Numbered from the stretch's first letter, positions 25,699 through 39,799 are shown. The stretch is DNA of 64,000 nt from the human T2T-CHM13v2.0 reference genome, Homo sapiens (GCF_009914755.1 NC_060937.1); one strand, 5' to 3'. Numbers and translations are program-made. Notes: a model not told the origin generated them from the sequence alone.

Positions 25699-27590
25699 CA
25701 GGGTGCAAATTATTTTGGTAAAATATCAGATAGTAAAAGTTTTAGGCTTCACTGGCCAAAAGGCAAAATTGAAGATATCATATGTCTGCTTATATATCAA
25801 ACAAGAAGCCACATTTCCATATTTTTATTGACTAAAATAAAAACCTAAGAATAATTAAGTAGACTTATAATATGAATCTACTGATAAAAACAATTGAATT
25901 ATTTACTGGGAAATAGCATTTTGCTTAATTGAGATTCAAGGTTTATTTTACCTATCATCAAAATTGATTGCAAATTCTCATCTGTTAATACTCATCTATA
26001 ATGAAATTTTACATATTTTATCTTTGGTTTTTTTTTTTTTTTTTGACATGGAGTCTCACTCTGTTGCCCAGGCTAGAGTACCATGGTACAATTTCAGCTC
26101 ACTACAGTCACCACCTCCCGCGTTCCAGTAATTCTCCTGCCTCAGCCTCTAGAGCAGCTGAGATTACAGTCGTGCACCACCATGCCCAGGTAACTTTTGT
26201 ATTTTTAGTAGAGACAGGGCTACACCATGCTGGCCAGGCTGGTCTCGAACTCCTGATCTCAGGTGATCTGCCTGCCTTGGCCTACCAAAGTGCTAGGATT
26301 ACAGGAATGAGCCACTGTGCCCGGCCTGATACTGTTTTTAACACAGAGATACTGCCAAATATTGATATCAGTTCATAAGCATATTCTTTTAATTGAGCAC
26401 ATAAAACATTTGGAAGGTATTCTACTAGATTCTTTCTCTTGATATTTGCCTTTTGGCATATCATTATATTATTATATTGCAGAGTTGTCACTTCCAGTTA
26501 AAGGTTAGGTAGGAGTTTCTCAATTGTATAATTACATTCATTTTGAAATATTAAACTTTCTTTTATAGCTACATCAATTTTCAAATACCAGTCCTGAAAT
26601 TGTAGTTTGAACTCAGAGAAAATACATCTTACTGCAAATTTGCATGGGAATGAAGAACAACTTTTTGTTATAACTCATGAAAGCACAGAGAGAATGTACA
26701 GCAGATTGGCATTTTGTTAAATGATTTATTGTTTAGTTGTTGAAACTGCATTATAGCAGTCAACAATTTTCATATAGCACTATTTTGCTTTGTAATTTTT
26801 GAATGAATTTTGATAAATATCTACAAATGTTTACACTAAAAGCTAATTTCAAAGCCTTTCAACGAAGCGATTGGGGTGACTCTTCTTTAGAAAAATTTCC
26901 ATCATGTCGATCTGTCCAAATAATTAGTATAAAATGTTACCAATGCTAGATGATCTAATTATTATGCAGGTAGGTTAGGATTCTTCAATTTTCCATAAAA
27001 ATATTTCTATAATTGACAATGGTTACATAGACAAGAATGAATGAAGTTCACATGATAGATTCAAACATTTTCTTCAACTATATGCTGGTAATAAGGAATG
27101 ACAAAAGATTTTATAAACCTTGTGTTTTCACACACTATAAATTTTTCTAATTATGTACTTTTTGATGCACATACGTTTTTACCACCAATATTTGTAAACC
27201 ATCTTAGCAAATTCCATTTCTGGATGTACGAAATTAGTTTTAACTTGACATATTTGAAAAAATTCAAGTGAGAATATTTTCACTTGAATTTTTTCCTTGC
27301 AGACTACAAAGAGAAATTAATTCTTCGAATACTTCAAACTGGTCATTAACCTATTGAAAAATCGGTCATAGTTGAAGAGTGTTAATAGTACCTCTCAACT
27401 CATCAAGTACCATGGACCGCCACCCTAAGTCATATCCTTTACTTTTATTTAAAACAATTATAAAACATTCTGCTCTAAATTTCATCTTGAATGAATTTGA
27501 TAGCTATTCTTGTATACTTGGCATATGTCATGCTCCTTTGTTTTTCAACATTGAAATTTCATTTATATCTGGAAAATAAGACTTACCTAT
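25699..27590 (-). mobile_element. Cheshire-type hAT-Charlie transposon with decayed transposase, interrupted by an Alu
   Basis: MER58-like terminus cagggtgcaaattattttggtaaaatatcagatagtaaaagttttaggc; minus strand near 27274-27338 translates FEVFEELISLCSLQGKNSSENI, a Charlie-transposase-like motif; right end not located. Confidence 0.7.
26028..26326 (-). mobile_element. AluSx-type
   Basis: Poly-T, ctggccaggctggtctcgaactcctgatctcaggtgatc, ends gcccggcc. Confidence 0.92.
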
Positions 27591-27644
27591 GAGGTTAAGG
27601 GACTTATATATTGTTAGTTAAGAAAGTCATTTTCAGAAAACTTC

Positions 27645-27944
27645 CGACGGGCTCGGTGGCTCATGCCTGTAATCCCAGCACTTTGGGAGGCAGAGGCGGG
27701 TGGATCATGAGGTCAGGAGTTCAAGACCACTGTGGCCAAAATAGTGAAACCCCATCTCTTCTAAAAATACAAAAATTAGCCGGACATGGTGGCAGGCACC
27801 TGTAATCCCAGCTACTTGAGAGGCTGAGGCAGAGAATTGTTTGAACCCAGGAGGCGGAGGTTGCAGTGAGCCAACATTGTGCCACTGCATTCCAGCCTGG
27901 GTGACAGAGTGAGACTCCATCTCAAAAAAAAAAAAAAAAAAAAA
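27645..27944 (+). mobile_element. AluSg-type
   Basis: ggatcatgaggtcaggagttcaagacc, gaggcagagaattg, 21-nt polyA. Confidence 0.92.
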
Positions 27945-28076
27945 CCACATTCTTAAAATCTAGGGCAAGTTCCTGTGCCTTAAATTTGGCCATTTGATTC
28001 TTTCATACGGGACTTTGTAGATGGGGCAGGTGATTCAATGGTTTAGAAATAGTTTGAATTTTATTAATGACTATAG

Positions 28077-28393
<317 letters not shown>

Positions 28394-29404
28394 TGTATAT
28401 CAGATTTTTGAAGGAATCTCTTATTCGTTTTTAGATCTTTTCGAGAAACAGCCCTTGGTACTAATGTAAGTATCATGGAACCCATGTAACCAGAATATTT
28501 ATTTCTCTCAGTCAATATGACATTTTCTGATCCACAAAGTATAAAGACAGGCATTACTAGTAGCCATTCATCATCAAGTCCACTTAGAGAACCCTAACAT
28601 AGTCTCTTAAAATTGACAATGATTGTTTTAAAGGAAAGAAAAAAGTTCTAGCAGGGCTTCTGTTTTGCTCTGCAGAGTGTGTTTATTCCAAAAAGGGATG
28701 TTACTAAAGTAGGATAAGAATATAAATGTTTCCCATGGAGGGATTTTGTTTAGAACATCTTCACTGATCACTTTGCTATATAGGAGTGTTGTCACAAGAG
28801 TAGGACCTATACCAGTAAATAAACAATGGCAAATAAACACACTGGATTCATGTGACATTCACAGATAATAGCCTAAGATGCATTTTTGTCTTCTGTAAAA
28901 TAACCCTAATTATCATAAAGAAAACCATCTTCCAGCTTAAAAAAATGTGTCTCTCAGGGCCATTGTAGCCAAGAATACTAGGACACATAGTTATACCAAT
29001 ATTCGTATATAAATGTATATAACGTATATAAATGAAACGTCCTGGATAAGCATTTTGAGAATACTCTTTTAAATATACCTAACTGACTGGCATGTACTAT
29101 TTTTCCCAGGTCTAGAAAATAGGTGCAATATTTAAGTGAAAGAGCCTTTCTAAGACTATGAAGCAACAAATCACGTCAAATGGTGGTTGAATATAATTTT
29201 ATGGAGAGTGTAAGGGCTTTATACTCATGGAACTGTTCTACATATACTGGCATACTTTCACTTAAGAAAAATAAAATGTCAAATTTATTTAAACCATGTT
29301 TTATTTAGATTTAATTTTACTTACAGCTCTTTTATCATATGGACAGTAGGATAGATCTGACTAAATATGACACACAGAATAATTTGGATTTATTTTCTTC
29401 ACCC

Positions 29405-29700
29405 TTTTTTTTTTTTTTTTTTGAGACGGAGTGTCACTCTGTTGCCAGGCTGGAGTGCAGTGGCACGATATCGGCTCACTGCAACCTCTGACTCCCTGGT
29501 TCATGTGATTCTCCTGCCTCAGCATCCCAAGTATCTGGGATTACAGTCACGTGCCACCACACCCAGCTAATTTTTGTATTTTTAGTAGAGATGGGGATTC
29601 ACCATGATGGCCAGGATGGTCTCGATCTCCTGACCTTGTGATCCACCCACCTCAGCCTCACAAAGTGCTGGGATTACAGGTGTGAGCCACCGTACCCAGC
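29405..29700 (-). mobile_element. AluSc (Sc5-like)
   Basis: gttgccaggc, tctgactccctggttc; TSD tttcttcaccctttt on both sides. Confidence 0.92.
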
Positions 29701-29880
29701 TTTCTTCACCCTTTTGCTTTCTGCCATGGCATTATGCATCAAGAAGGCCCTTGAAAGTTTTACCAGCCCTTTCACCTTGGAATTCCTGGTCTCTAGAATG
29801 GTGAGAAGTAAATTTATGTGCTTTATAATTTACATAGTCTCAGGTATTCCATTATAGCAGCACAAAATGAATACACGCAT
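29701..29880 (+). mobile_element. MaLR LTR 3' part (MSTC/D or MLT1A-like)
   Basis: caagaaggccc...caccttggaattcctggtctctagaatggtgagaagtaaattt...gtctcaggtattccattatagcagcacaaaatg. Confidence 0.75.
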
Positions 29881-30793
29881 AGACAATGATAAATAATAGC
29901 AAATGTTTTGAAAGCTGTTTATTTATTTGTTGGAGGGGGATCAGCTACTCTACCTATGACATCACACAAAAAATCACAGATTGATTACAAAACAGTTGTG
30001 GAACATTACTTCAGAGGTCATAAACCTTAGAATTGTATGGGTAATCAAAACTAGTCTGGTTTTCCAAATTAGGATTTTTAATGGCTTTTAGTATATTACA
30101 TTAACTTTTGAGAAGGCTATGTTTTAATATTATATAAAAAGATTACAATTTGAAAAACGCTAAACAGGATAAAATGCTACCATGTTTTTCAAATAATTAT
30201 CTGTTTCTTTCCAGGGCCATATAGCTTCATCACAGTAATCCCCAGCCCAAAACAAGTAGCCAGTGAGTCACTAAGAAAAACTGGAGTACTAAGGCTGCCT
30301 ATTGGGAAATGATCAATATATCAACAAGAACTTCTTATCTTGTTGAAAGTCATTGACATTTAATGAGATATGACATAATGATATTCCACCAAATACCGTA
30401 AAATTTGACAGATTAATCTGGGGAATTTGACATCTTAGTAATGATTTTTTTCATCCCATCTGTTATAATTAATTACCATATATTGTGTAACACAAATTTA
30501 TACGTACTGCTTTATCTGCCTTTCACAAGTTTCAAGAAGTAATATTTACATACTGAGTTCTAAGGAATTTTATCTGTATTATTAGTTTTGTATGAGCTCA
30601 TTAAATTTTTATGTCCATAAGGTCTTTTATGTTATTTTACTGTTGTTACTAATGTTTATAGTGATAACAATATGGTCAAAAAATAAGGCTTATGATACTA
30701 ATTTTTCAATAAGATATGACCAGCACATGATTACTTATCCAAATATATCATGGGTTTTTGAAACCGTGTATATGCTTTAGTTTGGAAGAGCTG

Positions 30794-31162
30794 TGATATG
30801 GTTTGGCTCTGTGTCCCCACCCAAATCTCATCTCGAATTGTATCCCCATGTGTTGAGGGAAGGACCTAGTGGGAGGTGATTGGACCATGGGGGGAGATTT
30901 GCCCGTTGCTGTTCTCCTGATAGTGAGTGAGTTCTCAGGAGATCTGATGGTTTAAAAGTGTGGCACTTCCCCCTTCACTCTTTCTCTTTCTCCTGCCTCT
31001 GTGGGAAGATGTGCCTTGCTTCCCCTTCGCCTTCCACCACGATTGTAGGTTTCCTGAGGCCTCCCCAGCCATGCAAAACTGTGAGTCAATTAAACTTCTT
31101 TTCTTCATAAATTATCCAATCTCAGATAGTTCTTAGTAGTACTGTGAAAACAGACTAATACA
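30794..31162 (+). mobile_element. THE1D-like MaLR solo LTR
   Basis: tgatatggtttggctctgtgtccccacccaaatctc...cagactaataca; 5-bp TSD agctg/ggctg. Confidence 0.9.
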
Positions 31163-31592
31163 GGCTGCATTCTATGCATTTTATTCAGCTTAAACTTACT
31201 AATTTTGTTGCTTAAATTTTTATATGTATATAGAACTATATATGCATTTAGTCTATCATTGACTTATAGCTAACCTTGTTCTATCATTTTTGCTTTGTAT
31301 AATTTAAGCTCTTTTATTACTGTAAATTTAAAACAAATATATCTAAAATGTACTAAAACTTTTTGAGTCTATATTGGCCTTGGTCTTGAGTTACAGGTTT
31401 TGTTTTGGTTTGTTCTTATTATTGCTTTGCCTTAATGTTTATTCTACTGGTAATAGCCTATGTAGAATAAGATTCTTGTGATTAGTACTCACATGAGATA
31501 TTTCTGTTATTTTACTTTTGACCATCTGTAAGCATTAGAAAGGTTTTTTTTTAAAAAAGCATAAATTTGGAATTTTTTTATTTAGTCTGAGA

Positions 31593-31695
31593 ATTTTTTT
31601 GTTTATTTTAGAGACAGGGTCTTGCTAGATTGCCCAGGTTGGGCATAACCTCCTGGGCTCAGGAAATTCTCTTACCTTAGCCTGTCTCATAGTCT
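31593..31695 (-). mobile_element. FLAM / Alu monomer
   Basis: tagagacagggtcttgctagattgcccagg...ctcctgggctcagg. Confidence 0.75.
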
Positions 31696-31980
31696 TCAGC
31701 CATGAAGCTGTCTTTCGGCATGAAACTCAACTGGTAATTTTTTTTTTCTTAGAGGGAATTTTTAAGGCATTTTACCATTAATATTTTTAAAATATTTAAT
31801 ATTTTCATCTATTTCAATAATTTTGTTGTGCTTTCCTTTACATCAATTTTCATATTGTTTATTTTTTAAATTTTGACTTATTTTAGAGTAATAGTTATAG
31901 GTTGGTTTTTAATTTATTTGGCCCCTGCCCCAAATCTGAGGATTGGCGTTTTTTGAACAATTCTGAGAAACAATCATTCT

Positions 31981-32234
31981 GATGTGGGCCACGACTTCAT
32001 TTACATGGGGTGTACACCAAGTAACCAATGGGAAACCTCTAGAGGGTTTCCCCAGAAACTCTGTAATAGGGCTCTTGAGCACCTTTTCTCAGGCCAGCTC
32101 CTACCCTGTGGAGTGTACTTTGATTTTCAGTAAATCTCTGCTTTTGCTGCTTCATTCTTTCCTTGCTTTGTTTGTGCATTTTGTCCGGTTCTTTGTTCAA
32201 AACGCCAAGGATCCGGACACCCTCCACCGGTAAC
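31981..32234 (+). mobile_element. MER51-like ERV1 LTR 3' half
   Basis: aaccaatgggaaacctctagaggg...ctgtggagtgtacttt...ctttgttcaaaacgccaag...ccctccaccggtaac. Confidence 0.8.
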
Positions 32235-32469
32235 TATTAGATTGTGTCTCTAGAAACTTAGTGGAGACTTTTAGCTTTTATTTTTGATTTCTACTCAATG
32301 TTATTGTCAATATGGGCAAATACATGATCTTTTGTAATAAGGTGTGCATTTTTGTGCACTCAGGAGATCATTCCCTGTGGGGTCTTGTCTCTAAACTGAA
32401 CTTTCACCCTTTATAGGTTCCAGGTTTGGTAGTTTATCTCTCGATTTGTGCAAAAAAAGAAAAGAAATA

Positions 32470-32472
<3 letters not shown>

Positions 32473-32516
<44 letters not shown>
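32473..32516. repeat. (AT)22 microsatellite
   Basis: Perfect array read directly. Confidence 0.97.
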
Positions 32517-32519
<3 letters not shown>

Positions 32520-35500
32520 CACTAAGATTCAGTTCTAGGCTAAAAGTATTCAACAGACGTTCTCGGTGTTAATACCAGTTACAGTACTATCTTACTTCTC
32601 TGCATTTGTGTTTTTTTATTATTATTATGATTTATGGCCTTTATTTTTATCTATTTAGCTAAGAGTTTTGGTTTTCTTAAGCCATCCTATGTCTCTAATA
32701 TTTGTTTAGTCTTTAAATATATCGTATTTTTTTGCGTATAGAAATTCAAAACCAAATTCATATGACAAGTTCTTGTTTTGTAAGCTAGATATTTACCATG
32801 TTTTTTTATATGTTTGTTTTGAATTTTCGTGTTATTCTTCTCCTATGTATGCAATGCCTATATACACATACACAGGAGGGCCCATATAATAATGCATTGT
32901 TAACATTTTAACAAACCTTCCCTAGAAATTTTTTCCCATAATACTTATTGAGATGAAAGCATAAAAACTAGTTTAAGATTAAACAGTTATTAAGTGGAAG
33001 AAACTGCATGCTGAACTCTTTGTGCATAAACAAATAGTGGACTCATCCAACTACACCATAAAAAGACATGTCAAAATATTATAAAATTGTAAAGAGCTAT
33101 ATATTGGGAAATACTCTAAAGAAGGAGGTAATAAATGTGAACTGGGTATATTGAGATCTCATCTATAATTTTGAGGAAATGGCTTCGTATTACAATGACA
33201 AAATTTTGTTAATTACCCAATAAAAATGTTGTCAAATAAACTGAATACCTGTTTTAAAATTTATCAATTTATTTATAATTATTTATAATTTATCAATTAT
33301 TATTTAAATTTACACTTTAGGGACTAATTGTACTAAAAATAAATTATAAATTGTTTCCACAATTTCAGGATTCAAAATTATGTTTTTATATTACAACCAT
33401 TATATTTGTTTTGGGAAACCAGTAGTTTGATATACATTTTATATGTACTTCATTTATATCAAGAGGCAATCTTCTTGAAACATTCTATGGAAATCAAGCT
33501 TTATATATCAAACAGTATTAATCTAAGCATATATTTGAAAAAAGGAGATAACAAATTTTTCTTTTACAAAATAACAAATTGTTTCATTTATGTATCAAAA
33601 ATTTCTGCAAATAAAATGAAATCACACATATTAAAAAATAAAAAAGTCTCCTTAGTGTTGAATAAAATCTAAACATTAGATGTTTTATTTATAATTTTAA
33701 GTTTTCTCTTCTTGTACATCATCCATCTTTATAAAGCTGAAATACCGTTTTGACTTGAAAGTTATGGTATTCTTCTGTGTGTTTTATATAATCCGATCTC
33801 AGATTCAATGCGATATAGAGTAAATTTAATGAGAAAGTTATACCTTGTTTACAGATCCTGCCACTTAATAGCTTGAAGGCACTGAAACTTAAAATTCACT
33901 ATATGTTTTTATTAATAATAAAATAATGTCACATCTAATTTACATAACTGTATAAAGCTTTTGAATATTTAAACTTATGCAATCGTACATTATATGTGGT
34001 GGCACAAAGTGTTAAATATTATTGCATGAATAATTTTAATTATATTTATTAAAACTTTTCATCTCCCAATAATTTTTTATTTTGACACTTCAATAAAAAC
34101 ATTAAAATGATAAAAATGATATTTTGATGTTATAATTCAAAATTTCCATTGTCTTGAATATATGAGATTGACTAAAAGGAATATTAGCACATCTGCTACA
34201 GTATAGAATTTACTAATTTTTAAATATATCAAAAATACCTAACTATTTGTCATTCATCATGTTTTATTCCTGATTTAAAACTGAAAACATAATATATGAA
34301 AATATATATTTTTAATTTTTGGGTCATGTACTAATGAAAGACATACAATCATAAGAAATTTCTTTATCCAACCTGCCTGAAATAATATTCACATTGTCTT
34401 GATTTTCTCAAGAGTTTATTCACTTTTTACATAATCATAAGTTTAATTTTTAATAAGATAGTAGTATGTAATTAAAATTTATAAGTGCATTATTAATTCC
34501 AATTAATTTTCAGATTATTTTATAGATGATTGTGTCATTTTAAAAGACATTGCTTCCAAATGTAAATAAAGTGAGCATTCCAGATATATTGTAAAGATTA
34601 TATTCATAATTGGATTATCTATCTTCACGGATAAGGAAAAAGTTTTAAACACAAAACATTAAATATAAGGTGAGGGTGTAATATTGACTTATTTGTAATT
34701 AGAAAACTAGATCAAAACATTCTCTTAGCAAAAATAGGTGAACCATTCTGGAGCAAATTACTAATATAAATTATTTGGAGGTAAATGTCAGTTTTGCACT
34801 TAATGCACACATTCATATTCCTTTATAATAAATGATTACTAGAAATTCATATACTATACATAAGTAAGCATTTCCATAGGCTGTCAACCTAATATATGCT
34901 TATGCAAAATATTAGGACTTTATACACTTATCGTTTTAAAATAAGAGTTGTCTTCCATAAATTTTGAGATTTTATTACAGAAGGTAAAAATGCTTTATTG
35001 TTTCTGGTTTTATACAAATAACATTTATCAGTTCACACCATTTATAACTGATAATCTATCTGTACTTAAAGTTTTCAAGCTTCCTTGTTAATTTAAATAT
35101 TGTTATTCTTCCATGAAGAAATCTAACATTGTATGATTTTAGAGATAATCTTGGTAAACTTTCTAAAATTTTTTACTACGGAATAATTTTCTTTAGGTTT
35201 TCACATCATCCACTATAATAGGTAATAACTGGTGCCTGCATTTTTTTCTCAAGCATTGGGAAATGAACATAGTTAATGACTCACATAAAAATATTTATCC
35301 TGTATCTCATATTTTAAGTTGACAGTGTTAAATATGACAATTAATGTTAATATCTGAGTCTAATGTATTTGCAGAAAATGTGTAAGCTATATAAACACAA
35401 CGCTAAAAAATGACAAAGGAAGTTTCCTGTTATGTTAAAATTGAAACCTAATTCACTTTCAAGTCCCCAATTTTTTTGCACTGTATTTATTACTTTTTTT

Positions 35501-35799
35501 AAAAAAAACAAACTCTTTTATTTAAAGGTGAATATTTAACTTGGTTAAGATGTGCAAATGTGTTTATCTAATTGAGACAAAAGTTAAACAATTAATTGTC
35601 TTAAATCTATTTTACTTTTTTTCCATGTGAGTGTATATCTATTTTTGAGCCAGTGTTTCCTTAACGTTAAATGCAATGCATATGTCCTCAGAATAAAACA
35701 CTCATGTCCAGTATTTCTCCGTATTTATTAAAAATAATTATCTAGACAATATATAATTTTACTACTAAATTGGAAAATGCATTTACTTAGGAAAATGTG

Positions 35800-36090
35800 C
35801 CTTACTCTTCCTGTGAAGCTTGACATAATTTTCTTCTTTACCTCACCCATTTATCTTTTCAAAAGATCTCAGAGAAGTCCTTCCGGATAATTCCATCTAA
35901 AGTATCCCTGTCCCAACTCCACTTCCCCAACACATATTATCTTTTACTCTTAGAAGTTTGTTCTATGCTTATTTGTTTCTAGATAGTTATTTTCGTGCTG
36001 ATAAGAGTGCCAACTCTGTAAGGACTCTGTGTCATTTCTGCACCTTATATTCCTACTAAGATAATTACCTGCCACATAAAAAATAAATTA
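35800..36090 (+). mobile_element. L2 3' fragment
   Basis: ctcagagaagtccttccggataattccatctaaagta...caactctgtaaggac...acctgccacata. Confidence 0.55.
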
Positions 36091-38230
36091 ATATATGTAC
36101 AGTTGAAATACATGGAGAAACCACAAAAATACTTCCTTATAAAATTCTCCTAATCCAGTATCAGTAGATTTAACAGCTCTTAACATTTTTATTAACATTT
36201 TCTTAGAAGAAATTGATGAACTGAATTTTAGGCATGTTAAACAACAGCGTCCTGTACAACATCTGATTGTCAATATGTATTATTGTTTGGGTGTGTACGA
36301 ATAAAAAGATGCCATCTGTGCTAGTAAGGAAGATTTAGGAGTTACTATTAATATAATAGTGGGGTCAATTTAATTAAAGTTGATACAATTGCCCAGTGAA
36401 GTATAAAATATAGAAGAAAAGAGAATATAGCCAAACACTGAAGAAAACTAGTATTTATGGTGTGGACAGAGGAAAGGAAATGGAAGAAGCTGGTCCAGAT
36501 TGTCCAACAGATTTTGTGTAGGGTGGGAGCTCATTACCTTTTTTTCTACCAGCAACCAAGAAACAAAACAATTCAGGTACTCTGCCTTTTTTTTTCTTTT
36601 TTTTCTGTCTCATCCACTATCAAATCCAGAGTTTGAACGGCTCCTTCTGCCAATGAAAAGTAATAACAAAGGAGAAAAGCTAGTGGAGATCAGTATTACG
36701 GAAATCAAAAAGAGAGCAATTTTCAAGAAGAATAGGTTATTAAATATCAAAGAGAAATCAGAAAAGTCAGAAAAGTATCTATTAATTTGTTAAATACTAA
36801 TTTTTTAAAAACTTAAGGCACAGATCAATTTTCATTTACTTCAATTTTCCCCGAGGTTTGCTCTACTGAAAAGATTTTATCTGCTATGTGGTTCTTTTTT
36901 GCCTATCTTCTTTGAAGGACTCTCCTTAACAATGAGCTTCCTGATACATGTCCTGCTGATCACACTAAGACTTCATGACTCTTTTGTGCTCTAATTTTTA
37001 TGACAATTTCAGTCATTAGGATTTGAGAGGTTTAGATATCTTACCAAAATTTTGAGGGATGCCACGAGGTGTTGCATTAAGTACAGTCCAGAGTATCTCT
37101 ATTTTTCTAATTCAGTTTCACTAAAACTTTTAAATTCGTTCCTTTTTATACTCTCAATGTAACGAAGCCTGCGAGCCTGCCATCATAAGACTTTTTCATT
37201 TGTAGATACGAAGTTCGAATCTCCTTCTGCCCTGTGAGTATATTCTGGCTACGAAATTCCAACTGCTTCACTGTTGTATACACTGAACAGATCAACCCCT
37301 TTCCCCCACGCTCCTTTAGTCTATCCTGTTGAATAAAGAGCGTATTTTCATTTGATATTATCTAATGCTTCTTTGAGAGTACAACTTTGTTGGATTTTTG
37401 AAGGACATGATGTGGATGCAACAGAAATGACTGAATCTATACCATATTATCTAGAATACAGTGGCATTTGATTAATGTTTGTTGAGTTCTTAAAAACATA
37501 TTTTTTCTCTTAACAGTACTGGCACAATTTCAGTATTTAAAAAGTATGTGTGTATTTTACAGCAGATTTGTCCTCCTCATTCTCTAAATGAAATATACAG
37601 TGTCTGTCAACTTCAGCATTTCCATATCTCCTCTTTCTCATTCCCCATGCCAGGAGGAATGCCTCTAATAGTTTTATACACTAGAGCTTAAATATATCTA
37701 GAGCAAGTAGGTCTTTCTAAAATGAATAAAATGAAAATGGATTATGTGGCAGACTACTGTGTGATGATACAACTCATTAATATATGTAACAGTAACTTGT
37801 GCAACACCAGTGTAATCCACAGGAAAAAAAAAGATAAATAATCTTTACATGGGGATCAGTTGTAGAGTATCATTGAGAAGAACAGAGCATGTTAACTGCT
37901 ACTTCAGATATCAGGTAGAATAGAGAGCTACTAATCATTTGTAGCAGTAGAAGATGCAAAGGGCTGGTGAAAAGAGTGTCCTAGTTATCAGTCCTCAGAA
38001 CATGTTTAGTCTTCTACAAGGGCCCACCAAAACAAACAAACAAACATGTGGGGAATATTCTTTGGGTACTCTTAGTGCTATCAGTGAGGAATTTAGGTAA
38101 GGCTGAATTTTCACAGAAATAGATCGGAGTCTAACAAATACTTTTTTTGTAATTGTTTTTAGTTGCCTATTTTTACTCCAAGAATGGCATAGCCAATAAA
38201 ACAAACAAAACAAACAAACAAACAAAAAAA

Positions 38231-38570
38231 CGCTGGATGCCGTGGCTCACGCCTGTAATCCTAGCACTTTGGGAGTCTGAGTCGGGCAGATCACGAAGTC
38301 AGGAGATTGAGACCATCTGGCTAACACGGTGAAACCCCGTCTCTACTAAAAATATAAAAAATTAGCCAGGCTTGGTGGCGGGCACCTGTCGTCCCAGCTA
38401 CTCGGGAGGGTGAGGCAGGAGAATCGCTTGAACCCGGGAGATGGAGATTCAGTGAGTCAAGATCGTGCCACAGCACTCCAGCCTGGGCAACAGAGCGACA
38501 CTCCATCTCAAAAAAAAACAAAACAAAAACCTAAAAAACAAAAACAGACAAACAAACAAAAAACAAAGAA
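38231..38570 (+). mobile_element. Alu (Sc8/Y-like) with AAAC-rich tail
   Basis: gtggctcacgcctgtaatc...ggctaacacggtgaaacccc...gagaatcgcttgaacccggg; AAAC tracts on both sides obscure the TSD. Confidence 0.92.
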
Positions 38571-39799
38571 ACCCCCTCCCAAAAAAAACCCTATTTTACA
38601 TTTATATCAACTAATAACTAGATGAGTTGGGACTAGGGCCAGTTTAATTCAAAAGTGAAAACAATCATTTACATGAGTTGCTTACATACACACACACAGA
38701 AATTATCTTCTTTTTAAAGTTTACTGCTTTCACAACATTATGAGTCTTCTGCTTGCCTTGGGAAAAAACACTGTAAGCTGTTTTTTGTTTTGTTTTGTTT
38801 TGTTTTTAATTTATGTTGTCTGTTACCATAACATTTTGTGTAAATAAAATATTTAGAGGAAAGAATGAAATACTGTCTACCTACTTAAGTGAATATAGAT
38901 GTAAGAATATAAATATATACATAAATGAAAGGTATTACCCTGGGACAGAGCGAAGTAAATCTTGTGAGGTTCTCTGAGAGCATTTGGACATACTGTGTAC
39001 CTGAAGATACATAAGGGGTACATTGTTGTATAGTTTCCAGTTCTTAAGCAAGCTACCATGTTCACAACACATGCAAATGTTAAATCTGAATGCTGAGCCA
39101 AAGGAATATATTCCATTTATAACTGTTGCAGTTATATGTGCTGATTATAGTTGATATTTTGGCCAACGAAATATTTGCATAGGAACATAAATATTAATTG
39201 TATGTTCCATGAGAAGCATGCCTAACTTTGGTCAACAAATATTTAACATTAGAGATGTTAAAATTTTTTCCTATATTACATAAAATGAAGAATTGAAAAG
39301 CTTCTTTATTTTTTCTGATATATAAAGAGCTAAGAACTGTGTTTGGCACCATACAAATATGAAAAAATAGTATCTATGATTAAAAGTTTTCCAAAAATAT
39401 TATTAATTAATTATTTTATGTGTTTCATTCATTCATATTGAGTAATGACAGTATGCAATTTCTCCTACTAAGAACAAGCAATAAATTGGTAAATAAAGCT
39501 TTTATAGTGTACTTCCAGAGATACATATTTAACAAGGCATTTGCAGGCTGGGAATATAGATGCAATGGAAGAAGTGGGTATTGCTATTATACTGTATAGA
39601 AAGGACACCTAACATAATTTTGGAGCAAAGGGATTTATTCCCAGTGTAATTAGTATCTACTTTGAAATATGTATCATAATTTGCCAGGTGATGATTGGGT
39701 GAAGTTTTGCAGGAACCAACTGCATACAAAAAGAAAAAATACTGGCAGCAAAAGAGCATAATTAGTGGCCAGTATGTGACACCAAGAAAAAAAAATTCT

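Noticed and set aside
26001-26378. Longest ORF (125 aa)
   Set aside because: Antisense Alu translation
37200-37240. tRNA gene suggested by GTTCGAATC
   Set aside because: No A-box at proper spacing and no cloverleaf stems
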